Of a stretch of 64,000 bases of DNA, positions 18,100-30,300 are shown in pieces. The DNA is from an uncultured Gammaproteobacteria bacterium (GTDB lineage: Bacteria; Patescibacteriota; Patescibacteriia; JAHIZJ01), in the NCBI GenBank assembly GCA_964594455.1, contig CAZQLY010000002.1:3819-67818 (forward strand), in the 5' to 3' direction. Position 1 is the first letter of the stretch; the number at the start of each line of letters is the position of its first letter. The position numbers and the translations under genes were made by a program. The notes beneath the pieces are model-generated. The model was not told where the DNA came from, did not search any database, and saw only the letters and a list, made by a program, of their open reading frames with translations.

Positions 18100-20743
18100 G
18101 ATGTGACAAATGATGAATGTTATCTAATACTTTTTTAGCTTCGGCTAATTCCTGTTCGGCTAAACGCAAGCGTTCTTGCTTTTGACCGATTATTTCCAAA
18201 GGCACTTTTGAGTTTTCTTCCAGCTTAGTTGCTTCAGAGCGCAACTTGTTGACATAAACTTGTTTATCAATAAAGCGCTTTTTTGCCTGCTCGATATTTT
18301 TTGAGTCCAGTAGTTTTTTAACAAGATCATCAGTTAAGTGAAGTTGAAACTTAACAGAGCCTGACGCTAATGTCAAAGAGTGTTTGGTAACGGTTTTGGA
18401 ATATTTGGTTTTAGCTAATGACTCTATAATTCCCGAGTTATTTTGGATAACTTTGTTAGAACTCGAGAAACCCAATACAGTTCCGGGCGGTATACTGTAA
18501 CTGTGTTTGGCGTTTCGTATGTTCACAACGGTGTTTTGTATGATTTCAAAATCGCGTTCGGCAACCAGCTGCTTCTGTTTTTGTGCTACTTGAGGCCACT
18601 CTTCGATTAACAAGTTATTATTGCCCAACTCACCCCACAGTTTTTCAGTTATAAATGGCGAGAAGGGGTGCAGCAGTTTCAATATTTGTTCCAAGACGTA
18701 ATAGAGAACTGAATCGTTCTTTTCTGTCTTGTGTATTTCAATATACCAATCAGCAAATTCGTGCCAGACAAACTCGTAAGTTTTTATTCCCGCGTCTGAT
18801 AATCTGAAGCATTCGATATCTTCGGTAACAGAATTTATCAGATTATTTAAGCGTGACAAAACCCATTTGTCTGCCAATGTTTTGGGTTTGGGTTTAGCTG
18901 TCTTGGGTTTTTTCTGGGTTAAGACATACCGAGCTATGTTCCAGAGTTTATTGGAAAAGTTACGATAGCCGGCAATTTTTTCTACTGACAATTTAAGATC
19001 ATTGCCCGGAGTGGTGCCCAACACCAGGCTGAGTCGAACCGCATCAGCCCCATACTTCTTTGACATTTCTAAGGGGTCAATGCCATTGCCTAATGATTTA
19101 GACATCTTACGGCCCTGCTTGTCTCGAACTAATCCGTGTAGATAAACTTTTTCAAAAGGGATCTCGTTGAGCAGGTAGGTAGACATCAAAATCATCCTTG
19201 CTACCCAGAAAAAGATAATGTCATAGCCAGTTTCCATAACTGAAGTAGGATGGAAGGTTTTTAAATCTTTGGTTTTATCCGGCCAACCTAGTGTTGAAAA
19301 AGTCCACAGCCCTGAGGAAAACCAGGTGTCCAAGGTGTCGTAGTCTTGGTGGATATTTGAGCTGCCGCACTTAGGACACTTCTTAGGATCTTCACCTTTA
19401 ACTATCCAATAGTAATCGCCACTGTTGTATTTTTTTGGATCGTCATGGCAGTCAATGCAATACCAGACTGGAATTCGATGGCCATACCAGAGCTGTCGGG
19501 AGATACACCAGTCGTGCAGGTTTTCCATCCAGTGCTGGTAAGTATTTTCAAATCGGTTGGGAATAAAATCAATCTCTTTATTTTTAATCACAGCCAGAGC
19601 GCGTTGTTTCAATGTCTTGCCATTGAGCTGCTTAGTTGGTTTATCAACGGCCACAAACCATTGCCGCGACACTAAGGGTTCAATAGGCGTGCCACAGCGG
19701 TAACAGACGGAAAGATTGTGTTTGTAATTTTCATCAATATGATCAACCAGGCCTTTGACCTGAAGTATTTCCACAACTTTTTTTCTAGCTTCTTTGACTG
19801 GTAACCCGGCTAGTTCACCGGCAGCCAGAGAGAGCTTACCGTCTTTATCGATTATTTTCTCGATCGGTATGTTGTATTTCTGAGCCAGTTCAAAATCAAC
19901 GAAGCTATGACCTGGCGTTATTGTCATGGCTCCAGTGCCCATCTTGGGATCGGCAGCCGGATCAGCTATTACCTTAGCCTTTATCTTTCCTAGAATCCAT
20001 TCAATCTCAAACTCCTCGTCTATCAATTCTTTGTATCGCTTGTCCTGAGGATGGACAATGACAACCTTATCGCCAAATTTAGTTTCTGGCCGGGCTGTAC
20101 CTATGATCACCGGACCATATTTGAAATAATAAAACGGCGCGGTCTGTTCTTTGTATTCCACCTCGTCATCGGCTAGAGTTGATTGGCAGCGCGGACACCA
20201 GTTAACTATCCGATCGCCTCGATAAATCAGGCCGTCTTCGTAGAATTTGATAAAAGCAGTTTTAACGGCTCGAGACAAGCCCTCATCTAGCGTAAACCGT
20301 TCCCGCGACCAATCTAAGCTTGAGCCCAGGCTTTTAACCTGATTTTTTATTGTAACTTTTGATTTCTCCACGTAGTCGTCTATGCGCTGACGGAATTTGG
20401 CCCGGCCTAAGTCTTCTTTCTTTTTACCTTCTTTGGCTAGAAGTTTTTCTACTACATTCTGAGTGGCAATAGCCGCATGATCCATACCAGGCAGCCAAAG
20501 AGCCTTATCACCCTTCATCCGGTGATAACGTACGATAATATCTTGAATAGCTAGCATAACCGCGTGGCCAATGTGAAGCTGCCCAGTTACGTTGGGTGGT
20601 GGCAATGAGATGGAGAATTTTTTGGTGCCCTTTTTTGTTGGCAACTTATCAGGATTAAAAAAACCAGACTTTTCCCACTGCTGGTAAATCACTGATTCAA
20701 CCTCATTGGCGGCGTAGGTTTTTGGTAATTCTTTTTTATCCAT
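18092..20743 (-). CDS. valS: valine--tRNA ligase
   Basis: HIGH motif (PNVTGQLHIGHA), KMSKS motif (KMSKSLGN), C-terminal coiled-coil; 883 aa. Confidence 0.92.
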   Translation of the reverse strand: MDKKELPKTYAANEVESVIYQQWEKSGFFNPDKLPTKKGTKKFSISLPPPNVTGQLHIGHAVMLAIQDIIVRYHRMKGDKALWLPGMDHAAIATQNVVEKLLAKEGKKKEDLGRAKFRQRIDDYVEKSKVTIKNQVKSLGSSLDWSRERFTLDEGLSRAVKTAFIKFYEDGLIYRGDRIVNWCPRCQSTLADDEVEYKEQTAPFYYFKYGPVIIGTARPETKFGDKVVIVHPQDKRYKELIDEEFEIEWILGKIKAKVIADPAADPKMGTGAMTITPGHSFVDFELAQKYNIPIEKIIDKDGKLSLAAGELAGLPVKEARKKVVEILQVKGLVDHIDENYKHNLSVCYRCGTPIEPLVSRQWFVAVDKPTKQLNGKTLKQRALAVIKNKEIDFIPNRFENTYQHWMENLHDWCISRQLWYGHRIPVWYCIDCHDDPKKYNSGDYYWIVKGEDPKKCPKCGSSNIHQDYDTLDTWFSSGLWTFSTLGWPDKTKDLKTFHPTSVMETGYDIIFFWVARMILMSTYLLNEIPFEKVYLHGLVRDKQGRKMSKSLGNGIDPLEMSKKYGADAVRLSLVLGTTPGNDLKLSVEKIAGYRNFSNKLWNIARYVLTQKKPKTAKPKPKTLADKWVLSRLNNLINSVTEDIECFRLSDAGIKTYEFVWHEFADWYIEIHKTEKNDSVLYYVLEQILKLLHPFSPFITEKLWGELGNNNLLIEEWPQVAQKQKQLVAERDFEIIQNTVVNIRNAKHSYSIPPGTVLGFSSSNKVIQNNSGIIESLAKTKYSKTVTKHSLTLASGSVKFQLHLTDDLVKKLLDSKNIEQAKKRFIDKQVYVNKLRSEATKLEENSKVPLEIIGQKQERLRLAEQELAEAKKVLDNIHHLSHHA

Positions 20744-20836
20744 AAAAATTCACAACTTCCACTTAATTTTACTTGATAAAAAGAAGCTTAGCAAACGATT
20801 GACTTGCTGATTGAAAACCCTATGTGTTAAAGGTTA

Positions 20837-21829
20837 TTATAAATTAAGATTAGGATTAGCCTTAATATTCTTCCAATTAACCGGTTCATTGTAATAACCA
20901 GCCACAGCAATCATAGTGGCATTATCAGTAGAATGTTTAAAGGCCGGTGAATAAAATTTAACACCTTTGAAGCTAGTTGTAGCTTGAGCCAGACTAGTCC
21001 TCAGATGTTGATTAGCAGCTACCCCTCCAGCCAACAGAACGCTTTTAGTTTCGTGTTGTTTAACCGCTTTAATAGTTTTTGACACTAATACATCGATAGC
21101 GGCTTGTTGAAATGAAGCGCACAAATCATTAATCTTGGAAGGGGGAGTTTTTCCATCTTTATAAAGATATAGTACGGCGGTTTTTAAACCAGCGAAACTA
21201 AAATTGTAATTATCATGATCAAGCATGGGACGCGGTAAATCGTAAGCATTAGAATTTCCTTGCCGTGATAATTTTTCAATAATAGGCCCTCCGGGATAGC
21301 CAAGTTTTAGAAGCTTAGCCACTTTATCAAAAGCCTCTCCGGCGGCATCATCCAGGGTTTGACCGATAACCTCATAGCGTCCTATTTTTTTCATCAACAC
21401 CAATTCGGTATGTCCGCCAGAAACCACTAAGACAATGGCTGGGAGTTTGATATTTTGGTGATCAATGAAATTTGACAGTATATGACCCTCGAGGTGATTA
21501 ACCCCCACAATTGGCTTATTCCAGGCGTAGGCGAGCGTTTTTGCGGTTTCTACGCCTATCAGAAGGGATGTAATCAAACCAGGACCTTTGGTTACGGCGA
21601 TCCGATCAATAGAATTTGGATCCACTTTTTTCAGAGCAGTATCTAAAATTGGACCGAAATTCTCGATATGTTTTCTAGCCGCTACCTCAGGAACGATACC
21701 TCCGTATTTGGCATGAATTTTTACCTGAGAAGAAACAATCTCAGAAATTATCTTTACTTTTTTTCTGTTAATTTCTATCAAACTGACAGATGTATCGTCA
21801 CAGGATGTTTCAATTCCTAATATTTTCAT
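20837..21829 (-). CDS. tsaD: tRNA N6-adenosine threonylcarbamoyltransferase TsaD
   Basis: MKILGIETSCDDTSVSL N-terminus, Kae1/TsaD His motifs (HLEGH, GGVAAN). Confidence 0.9.
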   Translation of the reverse strand: MKILGIETSCDDTSVSLIEINRKKVKIISEIVSSQVKIHAKYGGIVPEVAARKHIENFGPILDTALKKVDPNSIDRIAVTKGPGLITSLLIGVETAKTLAYAWNKPIVGVNHLEGHILSNFIDHQNIKLPAIVLVVSGGHTELVLMKKIGRYEVIGQTLDDAAGEAFDKVAKLLKLGYPGGPIIEKLSRQGNSNAYDLPRPMLDHDNYNFSFAGLKTAVLYLYKDGKTPPSKINDLCASFQQAAIDVLVSKTIKAVKQHETKSVLLAGGVAANQHLRTSLAQATTSFKGVKFYSPAFKHSTDNATMIAVAGYYNEPVNWKNIKANPNLNL

Positions 21830-21868
21830 AATAATATTCTACCTTAGTTATTCAGCCTAGCCAAATCA

Positions 21869-21897
21869 TTGACAAAGATAAATTTAATCGCTATTAT
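21869..21897 (+). promoter_or_regulatory. sigma70-like promoter upstream of the tRNA-Glu region
   Basis: TTGACA (21869-21874), 17-nt spacer, TATTAT (21892-21897). Confidence 0.5.
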
Positions 21898-21915
21898 AAG
21901 CGAAGATTGTTTCCT

Positions 21916-21980
21916 GGCCCCATCGTCTAATGGCCCGCCTCGACTCGCTCGCGCAAGTCGGGCGAGGCGGGTTAGGACAC
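21916..21980 (+). pseudogene. tRNA-Glu 5' fragment (acceptor and D arm, 27 nt) interrupted by a 38-nt GC-rich hairpin
   Basis: ggccccatcgtctaatgg (21916-21933) and ttaggacac (21972-21980) are identical to nt 1-27 of the downstream tRNA-Glu; they are separated by cccgcctcg...cgaggcggg (21934-21971), and the sequence then diverges. Confidence 0.55.
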
Positions 21981-22026
21981 GTTTTGCTTAAGGAATACAT
22001 ATTAAGAATATTAAAGCCCTAATCAT

Positions 22027-22101
22027 GGCCCCATCGTCTAATGGTTAGGACACCAGGTTTTCAACCTGGCAATCGGGGTTCGACTCCCCGTGGGGTCACC
22101 A
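22027..22101 (+). tRNA. tRNA-Glu (anticodon TTC)
   Basis: cloverleaf folds by hand: acceptor GGCCCCA/TGGGGTC, anticodon stem ccagg/cctgg with loop ttTTCaa, T-loop GGTTCGACTCC, encoded CCA. Confidence 0.8.
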
Positions 22102-22172
22102 AGAAAATGAAAATCATTTTATATTTTTGATACGCGGTTTCCTAGCCATTGGGGGTAGCCTACCCACTATGG

Positions 22173-22236
22173 ATGTCGGGAACTCCCCGTGCCTGCACGC
22201 CAGAGTGCGTTTCGGCACGCAGGCGTGGGGTCATCA
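22173..22236 (+). other. tRNA-Glu 3'-end-like remnant (T arm plus acceptor 3' strand) interrupted by a GC-rich hairpin
   Basis: atGTCGGGaaCTCCCCGTG...TGGGGTCAtCA parallels tRNA-Glu aTCGGGGttcgaCTCCCCGTGGGGTCAcCA, with a roughly 32-nt insert cctgcacgcc...ggcacgcagg between the halves. Confidence 0.4.
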
Positions 22237-22237
22237 A

Positions 22238-22268
22238 AAAACAGCTGGTATTTTATGAGCTGTTTTTT
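22238..22268. terminator. bidirectional terminator (also terminates the permease operon on the - strand)
   Basis: cagct-N10-agctg hairpin flanked by A6 on one side and T7 on the other. Confidence 0.6.
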
Positions 22269-22277
22269 GATAGTATC

Positions 22278-23474
22278 CTATTCGTATCTCAAAGCGTCTA
22301 GGGGGTTCAGCTTGGAAGCGCGGTTAGCTGGATAGACTCCGGTGATGAAGCCAATCGCCAATGCAATTGCCAGCATCAGTATAATGAATAGCCAAGGAGT
22401 ATAAAAGACATCTACAGGTTCGCCGCCAAAACGATTAGCTAAATAGTTTAAGCCCAGGTTGGCCAAGGCTCCGCTCCCCCAACCGACAGCGATTCCAGCC
22501 ATACCGCCAGTTACTGAAATAACCCATGATTCAGCCAGGAATAATCTATAAATATCACGACGAGTTGAGCCCAAGGCTTTCATAATTCCTACCTCGCGCG
22601 TACGTTCTAACAAGGAGACTGTTAAAGTATTAAAAGCGCCCAGTGAAGCAACGAACATAGCTATTAAACCAAACCCGGCCATCACTACTTGGAATACCAC
22701 GAATATCTGATCGATTTGACCGACTGTATCTGCCAACGAATCCACTCGATAACCCTGAGTTTCTATTAGTACGCGGGCATCAGTCAATTTAGTTCTCTCA
22801 GTTACTTTGACTTTTGCCATATCAAATTCTTTGACGCCAAACGGGGTCAGAATATCGAGCGGAATATAGGCGATGCTCAATTCTTCATCTTCTATTACAC
22901 CGACAACCTTTACGCTGACGTCTTCAGAAACCTGCTCGCCGGTTTCGGATTCAGGATCGGGTACAAACACCTTTAATCGGATAGACTCGCCGAGTACATC
23001 CTGTCTATTCTCTACACCCAGCAATTCCAGAGCGGTGGTAGTTAAGAGAGCTTCATCATCCACCCCTTCATTTAAAGCCCGTCCGGCATTCACTATCCGA
23101 GTGCCTTCCAAAACCGCGTAAGCTGGATTAATTCCAAAAACCGCAATATCAGTACCAGCGTTGTTATACAAAGCCTGACCAGATAGATTGATTGATGGAC
23201 TGACATCAACCACATTAGGAATTGCCTTGAAGCTGTCCATAGCCTTTTCGTCAATCTTGAGCAATAACGATTCGCCGGTAGTTACTTCTAGAATAGTCAA
23301 AGCATCGATATTAGTTACCCTATCTTTGATCAAACGCTGCAAACCAAAACCCAAGGATACTAAAAAAACTATGGCTGAAATACCTATAATCATGCCTCCA
23401 ATTGTTAGGAAACTTCTCAGTTTGCGATTCTTCAGGTTGGAGGTTGAAAGAAATAAAATGTAAGCTAGTTTCAT
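22278..23474 (-). CDS. ABC transporter permease, FtsX-like (MacB/LolE family)
   Basis: N-terminal TM, large periplasmic loop, three C-terminal TMs; FtsX-like family resemblance. Confidence 0.85.
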   Translation of the reverse strand: MKLAYILFLSTSNLKNRKLRSFLTIGGMIIGISAIVFLVSLGFGLQRLIKDRVTNIDALTILEVTTGESLLLKIDEKAMDSFKAIPNVVDVSPSINLSGQALYNNAGTDIAVFGINPAYAVLEGTRIVNAGRALNEGVDDEALLTTTALELLGVENRQDVLGESIRLKVFVPDPESETGEQVSEDVSVKVVGVIEDEELSIAYIPLDILTPFGVKEFDMAKVKVTERTKLTDARVLIETQGYRVDSLADTVGQIDQIFVVFQVVMAGFGLIAMFVASLGAFNTLTVSLLERTREVGIMKALGSTRRDIYRLFLAESWVISVTGGMAGIAVGWGSGALANLGLNYLANRFGGEPVDVFYTPWLFIILMLAIALAIGFITGVYPANRASKLNPLDALRYE

Positions 23475-23477
23475 GGC

Positions 23478-24290
23478 TTAAATGTTGATCTGTTTGTTTA
23501 AAATTTCTCCATCTTTCATGTAAACGGTCCGAGTAGCGTAATGGACGTAGTCAATGTTGTGAGTAACCATGATGATGGTTCGCTTGGAGTCTTCATTGAG
23601 AGATCGAAAAATCTTCATAACGTTCTCGGCAGATTCACTATCGAGGTTTCCGGTCGGCTCGTCAGTGACCAAAATCCAAGGGTTGTTAATCAAAGCCCGG
23701 GCGATAGTGGCACGTTGCTGCTGTCCACCGGATAGCTCGGTCGCTGAGAAATATGCGCGATGGTCAATCTTCAATTTACGCAGTAGTTCTAAGGCGCGAT
23801 TATGGCGATATTTACGCGGAATGTCGGTGATCGCCAAAGGCAGAGAGACGTTGTCAATCACATTCAGTGATTTCAACCAATCAGGTTTCTGATAGACTAC
23901 TCCATATTTTTTCAATCGGAACTGGGCTAATTGGTCCAAGGTGTAATTTGTAATATCATGGCCGCGGATAATTACTCGACCGGAGGAAGGTTTTTCCAGA
24001 CCAATCATAGTATTAAGCAGGGTTGATTTTCCACAACCAGATGGCCCTAAAATAACAACAAATTCCCTGGGATAGATCTCCAGGTTGATGTTTTTAAGAA
24101 TTTTAACCCACTCATTGCCAACCCGAAAACTTTTGTTGACGTTTTCTATCTTAATAATCGGCTTTTTATATACCGAATCTTGATTTATCTGGCGCTGCTG
24201 TTCGGCTGCTACTTCAGTAATACTTGGCTGCTCTTTTGCTGGTTTAGCCGGGGTTTTATTTTGTTCGTTGTTAGTAACTGCTTCTGGCAT
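23478..24290 (-). CDS. ABC transporter ATP-binding protein (MacB/LolD-like)
   Basis: Walker A GPSGCGKST, ABC signature LSGGQQQR, Walker B ILVTDEPTGNLD, H-loop; unusual 40-aa N-terminal extension. Confidence 0.9.
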   Translation of the reverse strand: MPEAVTNNEQNKTPAKPAKEQPSITEVAAEQQRQINQDSVYKKPIIKIENVNKSFRVGNEWVKILKNINLEIYPREFVVILGPSGCGKSTLLNTMIGLEKPSSGRVIIRGHDITNYTLDQLAQFRLKKYGVVYQKPDWLKSLNVIDNVSLPLAITDIPRKYRHNRALELLRKLKIDHRAYFSATELSGGQQQRATIARALINNPWILVTDEPTGNLDSESAENVMKIFRSLNEDSKRTIIMVTHNIDYVHYATRTVYMKDGEILNKQINI

Positions 24291-24358
24291 ATTTATATTC
24301 CTGCTTTGTCGGTTAGATTATAACATAAAATAATTATTTTTTATACCCAATTGGAATG

Positions 24359-27300
24359 TTACTGAAATATGTCTGTGATATTTCCTAACCAGGAGAAGGT
24401 GTCTTCTAAGTTGGCTATTACTAATTGTAGGAAGGATTCGCGAGTTCGGGAGGTTAGGATAGAGTAAGAACCTGATTTGGAAATATTTCCTGCTCGGTCA
24501 GCCGCTACCACCCTGAAATGATAGGTACGAGCCGGAGATAGATTTGAAACTACCATTAGGTGGTCAAATACTAGTTCGGCATTTTCATCCGTTTCACCGG
24601 TATAGGAAGATTCGGATAAACCTTCGCCATATTCAACTTTGGAAGTGGTGGCTTCGTTGGTCTGCCAGGATACTATTATTTGAATCTTTGAGCCTTCGCC
24701 GGTTCCTACGGTATTGGATTCTGATTGGACGTTAGAAATGATAGGCGGCGTGGTATCTTTCAGAGTAGTGAAGTTTAATTCCGGCGAGACTGCCTCATAT
24801 CCGAATTGATCTGTACCGCGCACCTTAGTCAAATAAGTCGTATCGTCCTCCAAGCCAAACAGTAGAATTGAGTGCTCTGTTACTAACGCTGTATTACCCT
24901 GGGTTTTTGATGGGATGTCGGCGTTATAGTACTCTACCGTGGAAGTGGTAGGAACGTTAGTTGTCCAAGTGACTTCGGTTTCACCTTCAGCTTTATTTTG
25001 GAACTGGACATCAGATACACGCGGGAAAGTCAGAGTCGTAAATGAATAGTCGTCTGATTGAACCGGATTATTGTTTGAATCTACTCCGGCCATACGCAGA
25101 TGATAAGTTGTGCCGTCAGTCAGTTGTTCCAGCTTCACCGTATGAGTAAAGGTCAACGATCCTCCCACGTCAGTGTACGTAGTGCCGTATTGAGTGCTCG
25201 TTCCGTATTCAATCGCCGTGGTTGTTTCTTTGTTGGTCTTCCAGGAAATTATGGCATCAAACAAACGCACGTCAGTGATAGATACCTCTTGAACTCTTGG
25301 TGCTTCCAGGGTAGTAAATGATCCTACCTCCGAGTAAGCGGCGTTTTCGTCAATGTCGATACTCTTAATACGATAGTAATATTTGGTAACTGGAGACAAG
25401 CCTGTGATCTTTAAATCGTGGTCTTCTACTTGGTCAGCCGTACCTTGTTCTTCACCCAGTGAGCTGGTTAGTCCAAATTCAACGAACGATGAGGCCTCGC
25501 GCTCTGTCTTCCAGCTGATCGTTGCGCTATATGAGTCTGGGGCGGCTACCGGGTCCTTGGTGATGGCTGGTGGTTCGGTGTAACGGCCCTCGGGGATTTC
25601 TGATACCGGATCAGTTGCATCCGATGTCGCACCCGCTTTATCCGAAGCCACAACTTTATAATAATATTCAATAGAATTATCTAAGCCGGTATCAAGATAA
25701 CCAGTAGAGGTTATCTGAGCGATGAAATCAAATGAATCACCATCATCCTCTGACCTGTATATTGTGTAATAAAGAGTATCATCTTCTTGGTTGAGATCTG
25801 ATGAGGTTGTTGGAGAGTCCCAAGTTAAAGTTATATTGTAGCGTTTAGCGTTACGGTCTGAAGAGTCTACTATGGTAACATTTTGTGGTTCACCTGGTGG
25901 TTCTGTTTCAACCTCAAACTCTGTTGAGGCGTAATTAGAATAACTGTAATTTCCAGCATCATCGACCGCTATTATGTATATAGTATTAACACCTTGCTGA
26001 GTAGCGGCAGCGACTGGGCCCAGAGAAGAATCAGTTACATAACTAACGTTATCTTCGTTTGGAATATTATTTATGCTATAAAAATATCCATCTATTGTTA
26101 CGCCCTCATCGGTAGGAGGATCCCAATCAAATGTGAAGCGGTTTACGGTGTTGTATTCTGGATCAACTGTCAGGTTAATTGGGGCTGAGGGGGCTTCATT
26201 AGTAGTAAATGTATAATCTGGCGAGTATCCAATATTGCCATCTTGATCAACCCATTTAAGTCTGAAATGGTAAGTTGTGGCTGGCTCCAAATCAATCATT
26301 GTAACGCTGTGAGAGGAAACCAGATCGGATGAACCCTGCTCCCCACCGTAGTCGGTTGTTAAGCCATATTGGACAAAAGAACTAGCCGGATGGGTTGATG
26401 GTTCAGTTAGCCACTCAACCAAACAAGACCTAATTCTAGCCTGAACCGACGGACTACCAACTTGATCTGGCGGCTCAGTATATTTACCTTCTGGTACCAT
26501 GGAAAGAGCCGTGGTGTAATCAGATTCTGCACCGGCCAAGTCAACAGCCGATACTCTGTAATAATATTCGACAGTGTTGGATAAGCTGACATCGGTATAG
26601 GCATATTCGCTCTGGCCATCAACGTGAAGCAAGCTTTCACGCAAAGAATAAGTTTCCCCATCAGTTGATCGATAGATATTATATTTATACAAAACCGAAC
26701 CTTCGTTTTCAGCCGGCTCCTTCCAGCCTATTGTTAATCTATAGGATTGAGAGTCTCGATTGGAAGCATCAGCCAAGGAGAAGCTTTGAGGTGCGTTTGG
26801 TGAGATAGTATCCGATTCAAATTCTATACAGCCGATCCCGGCATCACAATCAAAGTCTTCTGTCTCCCAATCCACTAAGCCGGCCTCATCTTTGGCAACA
26901 ATATAGAACGTATTGGTTCCGGGTTGGGTATTAGGCGTACGGAAAGCTGCTAAATATCTACCCTCTGTTTCTACTGATGTGGTCCATCGGCCGTAAGTGC
27001 TGTTGGTACAATAACTGGCGGTTGGAATTTCATTTATTTGGTAACAATAAGAGCCAATGTCGAAAGCGTGCTGAGTAGGCTCGGTCCAGGCAAAGGTATG
27101 TGAGTAAGCATCGCCTTCAACAGCTCCGTGTTCAACGTTCAATGGTAGCGATGGAGGTGTCTGGGCCCAGCGATAAGCCACTGATTCGTATTCTCCGCCG
27201 TTGGAGTAGTTACCAGCTTCGTCTAAAGTCCTTATTTTCAAGTAGTTAACTCCTTCGGCTAAAGCCTCTAAGTCCAACAAAGAGGTTTGGGAGCTTGATA

Positions 27301-30300
27301 TGCATGTATCATCGGCGTCCTGTGTTGATTCATCAAAGTATCGTTTGTAACAGTGCTGGAAGCTGGGCGAACCACCAGAGTCGGACCCGGCAGTCCAGTA
27401 GAAATTAAAACTGTTTGCCGCCGAAGGGACCGCTGGACTAGACGCCAAATTGGTCGGACGTGATGGAGCAACATTGTCAAAGCTGTATGTGAAAGGAGAC
27501 CAGCTCGTGCTTGAAATGTTTCCGTTATAATCACGAGTCTTAATGCGCAAATAATATGTGCTACCAGTACTTAAGCTGGAAGCAGTATAAGTAGCAGCTG
27601 ACTGGAGTGTTCCCTCAGATTCTGGATCAGCATCTGAAGTTGTACCGAAATAGACATAGTATCCTTGAATGCCAATTCCACCAGCATTGTCAGCGGCTCC
27701 GGTCCAGGAGAAATATGGTGATTCGTGGTTATACCAATTGCCGGTTGTAATTGCATCACCACCTTCTTCATCTAAAGAAGTTAAGGTATCAGGATTTGAT
27801 GGCGCAGTACCATCAGAATAATAACTAAGAGTGATATCGTTGACTGTTGGAGTATATACTTGGTCGGAAGTGAAGGTTACCTTTATCTGAAAGTACTGAG
27901 CCGGCGTTGAATCAACTGTGTAGTAATCTGTGGTGCCATAATTGAATTCATTGGAAACCTCATCCCAATCAGACCAGTTTTCATCATTTCCGTCATCAGA
28001 GCAGCCCGCATCTGAACAAGTACGGGTTTCATATTTAAGAGATGTTTCAGAGGCCTCGGAGTCATTAATTTTCAGACCACCAAAGTCGTATATAGATCCG
28101 AGATCGAGAATTTGAGATGTCCAGGTGCCATTGGGCTGGAAGCCGGTGGAAGCTGAGGAGGGAACATATCTGGTCATAGCTGAAGTGTTATAGCCCCGGA
28201 AACCGTATAGAATTCCATTGGTTCCGGTCTCCAGAGCGCCATAATACCAATATTCATCGTTGGTGCTTCTGATGCTTCCACCCGTTTCCCAGGAATCTCC
28301 TGAAACGCTGTAAACATAGAAATCTGTGCTACTACTAGTTCCAGCCGGTACATAAATTAGATCACTGCCGTCATAAGCACAGCCGTCGGACTGATAAATG
28401 TTGCCTGGCGCATCAGTCAATGTATCTATGGCGTCCCAGTTTCCAGCTGAAGGACCAGTTAGATTATAGCGGAATATATCAGCTGTGTTCTGAGCCCTGA
28501 CAGTATAGACATAATCAACCCCACCAGTGCTTGCTTTGACAGAACAGCCGCCCTGATATATACCAGCCGGGGTAGTGTCCAGATCAGTGTCCCAAGTGTT
28601 TGTAGCGATTTCGTATCGATAAAAGGATGTAGTGTTTTGACCGCGCACTGTGTAAATATACCCATCTCCACCGTCTACCAAGTTTGCCCCATAACCCAGC
28701 CAGTTAGGTGCGGCATTAGTACTGGTTGACCATTTGTCAGTAGCAACGTCATAGACGTACATTTTTGATTCACTGTCTTTGGTATATGAACCAGCGGCAT
28801 AAACTTTCCCACTCTTATAAACAATATCGGCGCTGATATACATCGGTATGGGTACATCCATTAATCTTTCATATTCTCCTGTAGAGATGGTGTATTTGTA
28901 AAAGTCAACTGTGTTATTGCCTCTGACTATAAACAATGTATCACTTCCATCGTAAGTAACACCGCCATAGTAGAAACCGTTAGTTGAGTGGTCGTGGGGT
29001 AATCCTGTATTAAGCCATTTGTCATTAGTCACATCATAACTGTAGAATGAATATTCGTTTTGCCCACGTAACATATATATAATATCAGTGCTGCTGTCGT
29101 ATACCATTCCATCCCCAGATCCATAACGCTTTGTTCCAGGCAGGTCACTCAAGTAATTCCAAATGTCGTTACTTATGTCATACTTGAAAAATTGATCAGA
29201 TTGTTGACCGTTTGTAGCATAGATATAACCGTCATTGTAGGTAAGGGAGGCTCCATAGCCTATAAAAAAAGGTGTAGGAGTTAAATTGGTCCAGTTGTTG
29301 CTGCTGATGTCATATCGGACAAACTGATTTGTGTTTGAACCCCGAATAGCATAAAGACAGCCAGAATTATCACTACAGTAATCACCGTTGTCTACTTGCA
29401 CCATTGCTGATCCGTAATAAAATGGCTGGTCAGGCGATGAACGAGGCGTCCAACTATCTCCGGAGATGCTGTATCTGTAAAAATCATCTGAGTTATATCC
29501 TCGATACCCGTAAATATAATCACCGCCAGTCCATGATAAAGACCCACCGTAATATACATTTCCTGAGCCACTGTAATCAGATAATGCGGTCCATGAATTA
29601 GCGTTGATATCATATCTTAGGAATTCAGCCGTATTATTTCCCACAAAAGCATAGATACAACCAGTGGAATCAGAACAATAATCTCCATTAGGTATATATG
29701 TTAGAGCAGCACCGCGATGAGCATTGGCCGTGCTATCAATGTCGGCTAATTGAGCCCAGCTCTTATTGGCGATAGAATATTTATAAAATTCTTTCGAGTC
29801 ATCTGCTCTCAAAACATATATTGTATCATCATTGTCAAAAACCATTGCGGTTCCGTAATAGGTCTCCTCTAACTGGGCGGTACCGAAGGTTGATGGTAAA
29901 TCCATCCAGAGACCTCCTGAGATTGAAGATAATTTCATACTAGTACCCGTGTCGGCGCCTGTGTTGACATTACTTGATGATGTTCCAGTAGCTTCAAAGT
30001 CGGCTTGAGCCGTCCAGACTTGAGTTGCAGCTGGGGTAACCCCGTTATAGATATATGTGAAGGCTGTTGTAGCGTCTGAAACATTTTCAGCTTGATCTTT
30101 GGTTTTTATCCTGAGGTAATAAGTCGTGCTACCAACCAATTCCTGATTTACTTCATAGGTGGTAGTTGTTTGATAATAATCTTCGCTGGATGCTGGATTA
30201 GCTCCCGAATCAGTTGTCCAGAGAACGTAATAACCAGCGATACCAGAGCTAGCATCACTGGCCCCGGACAGAATAAAGTAGGGGTTAGTATGATAGTATG

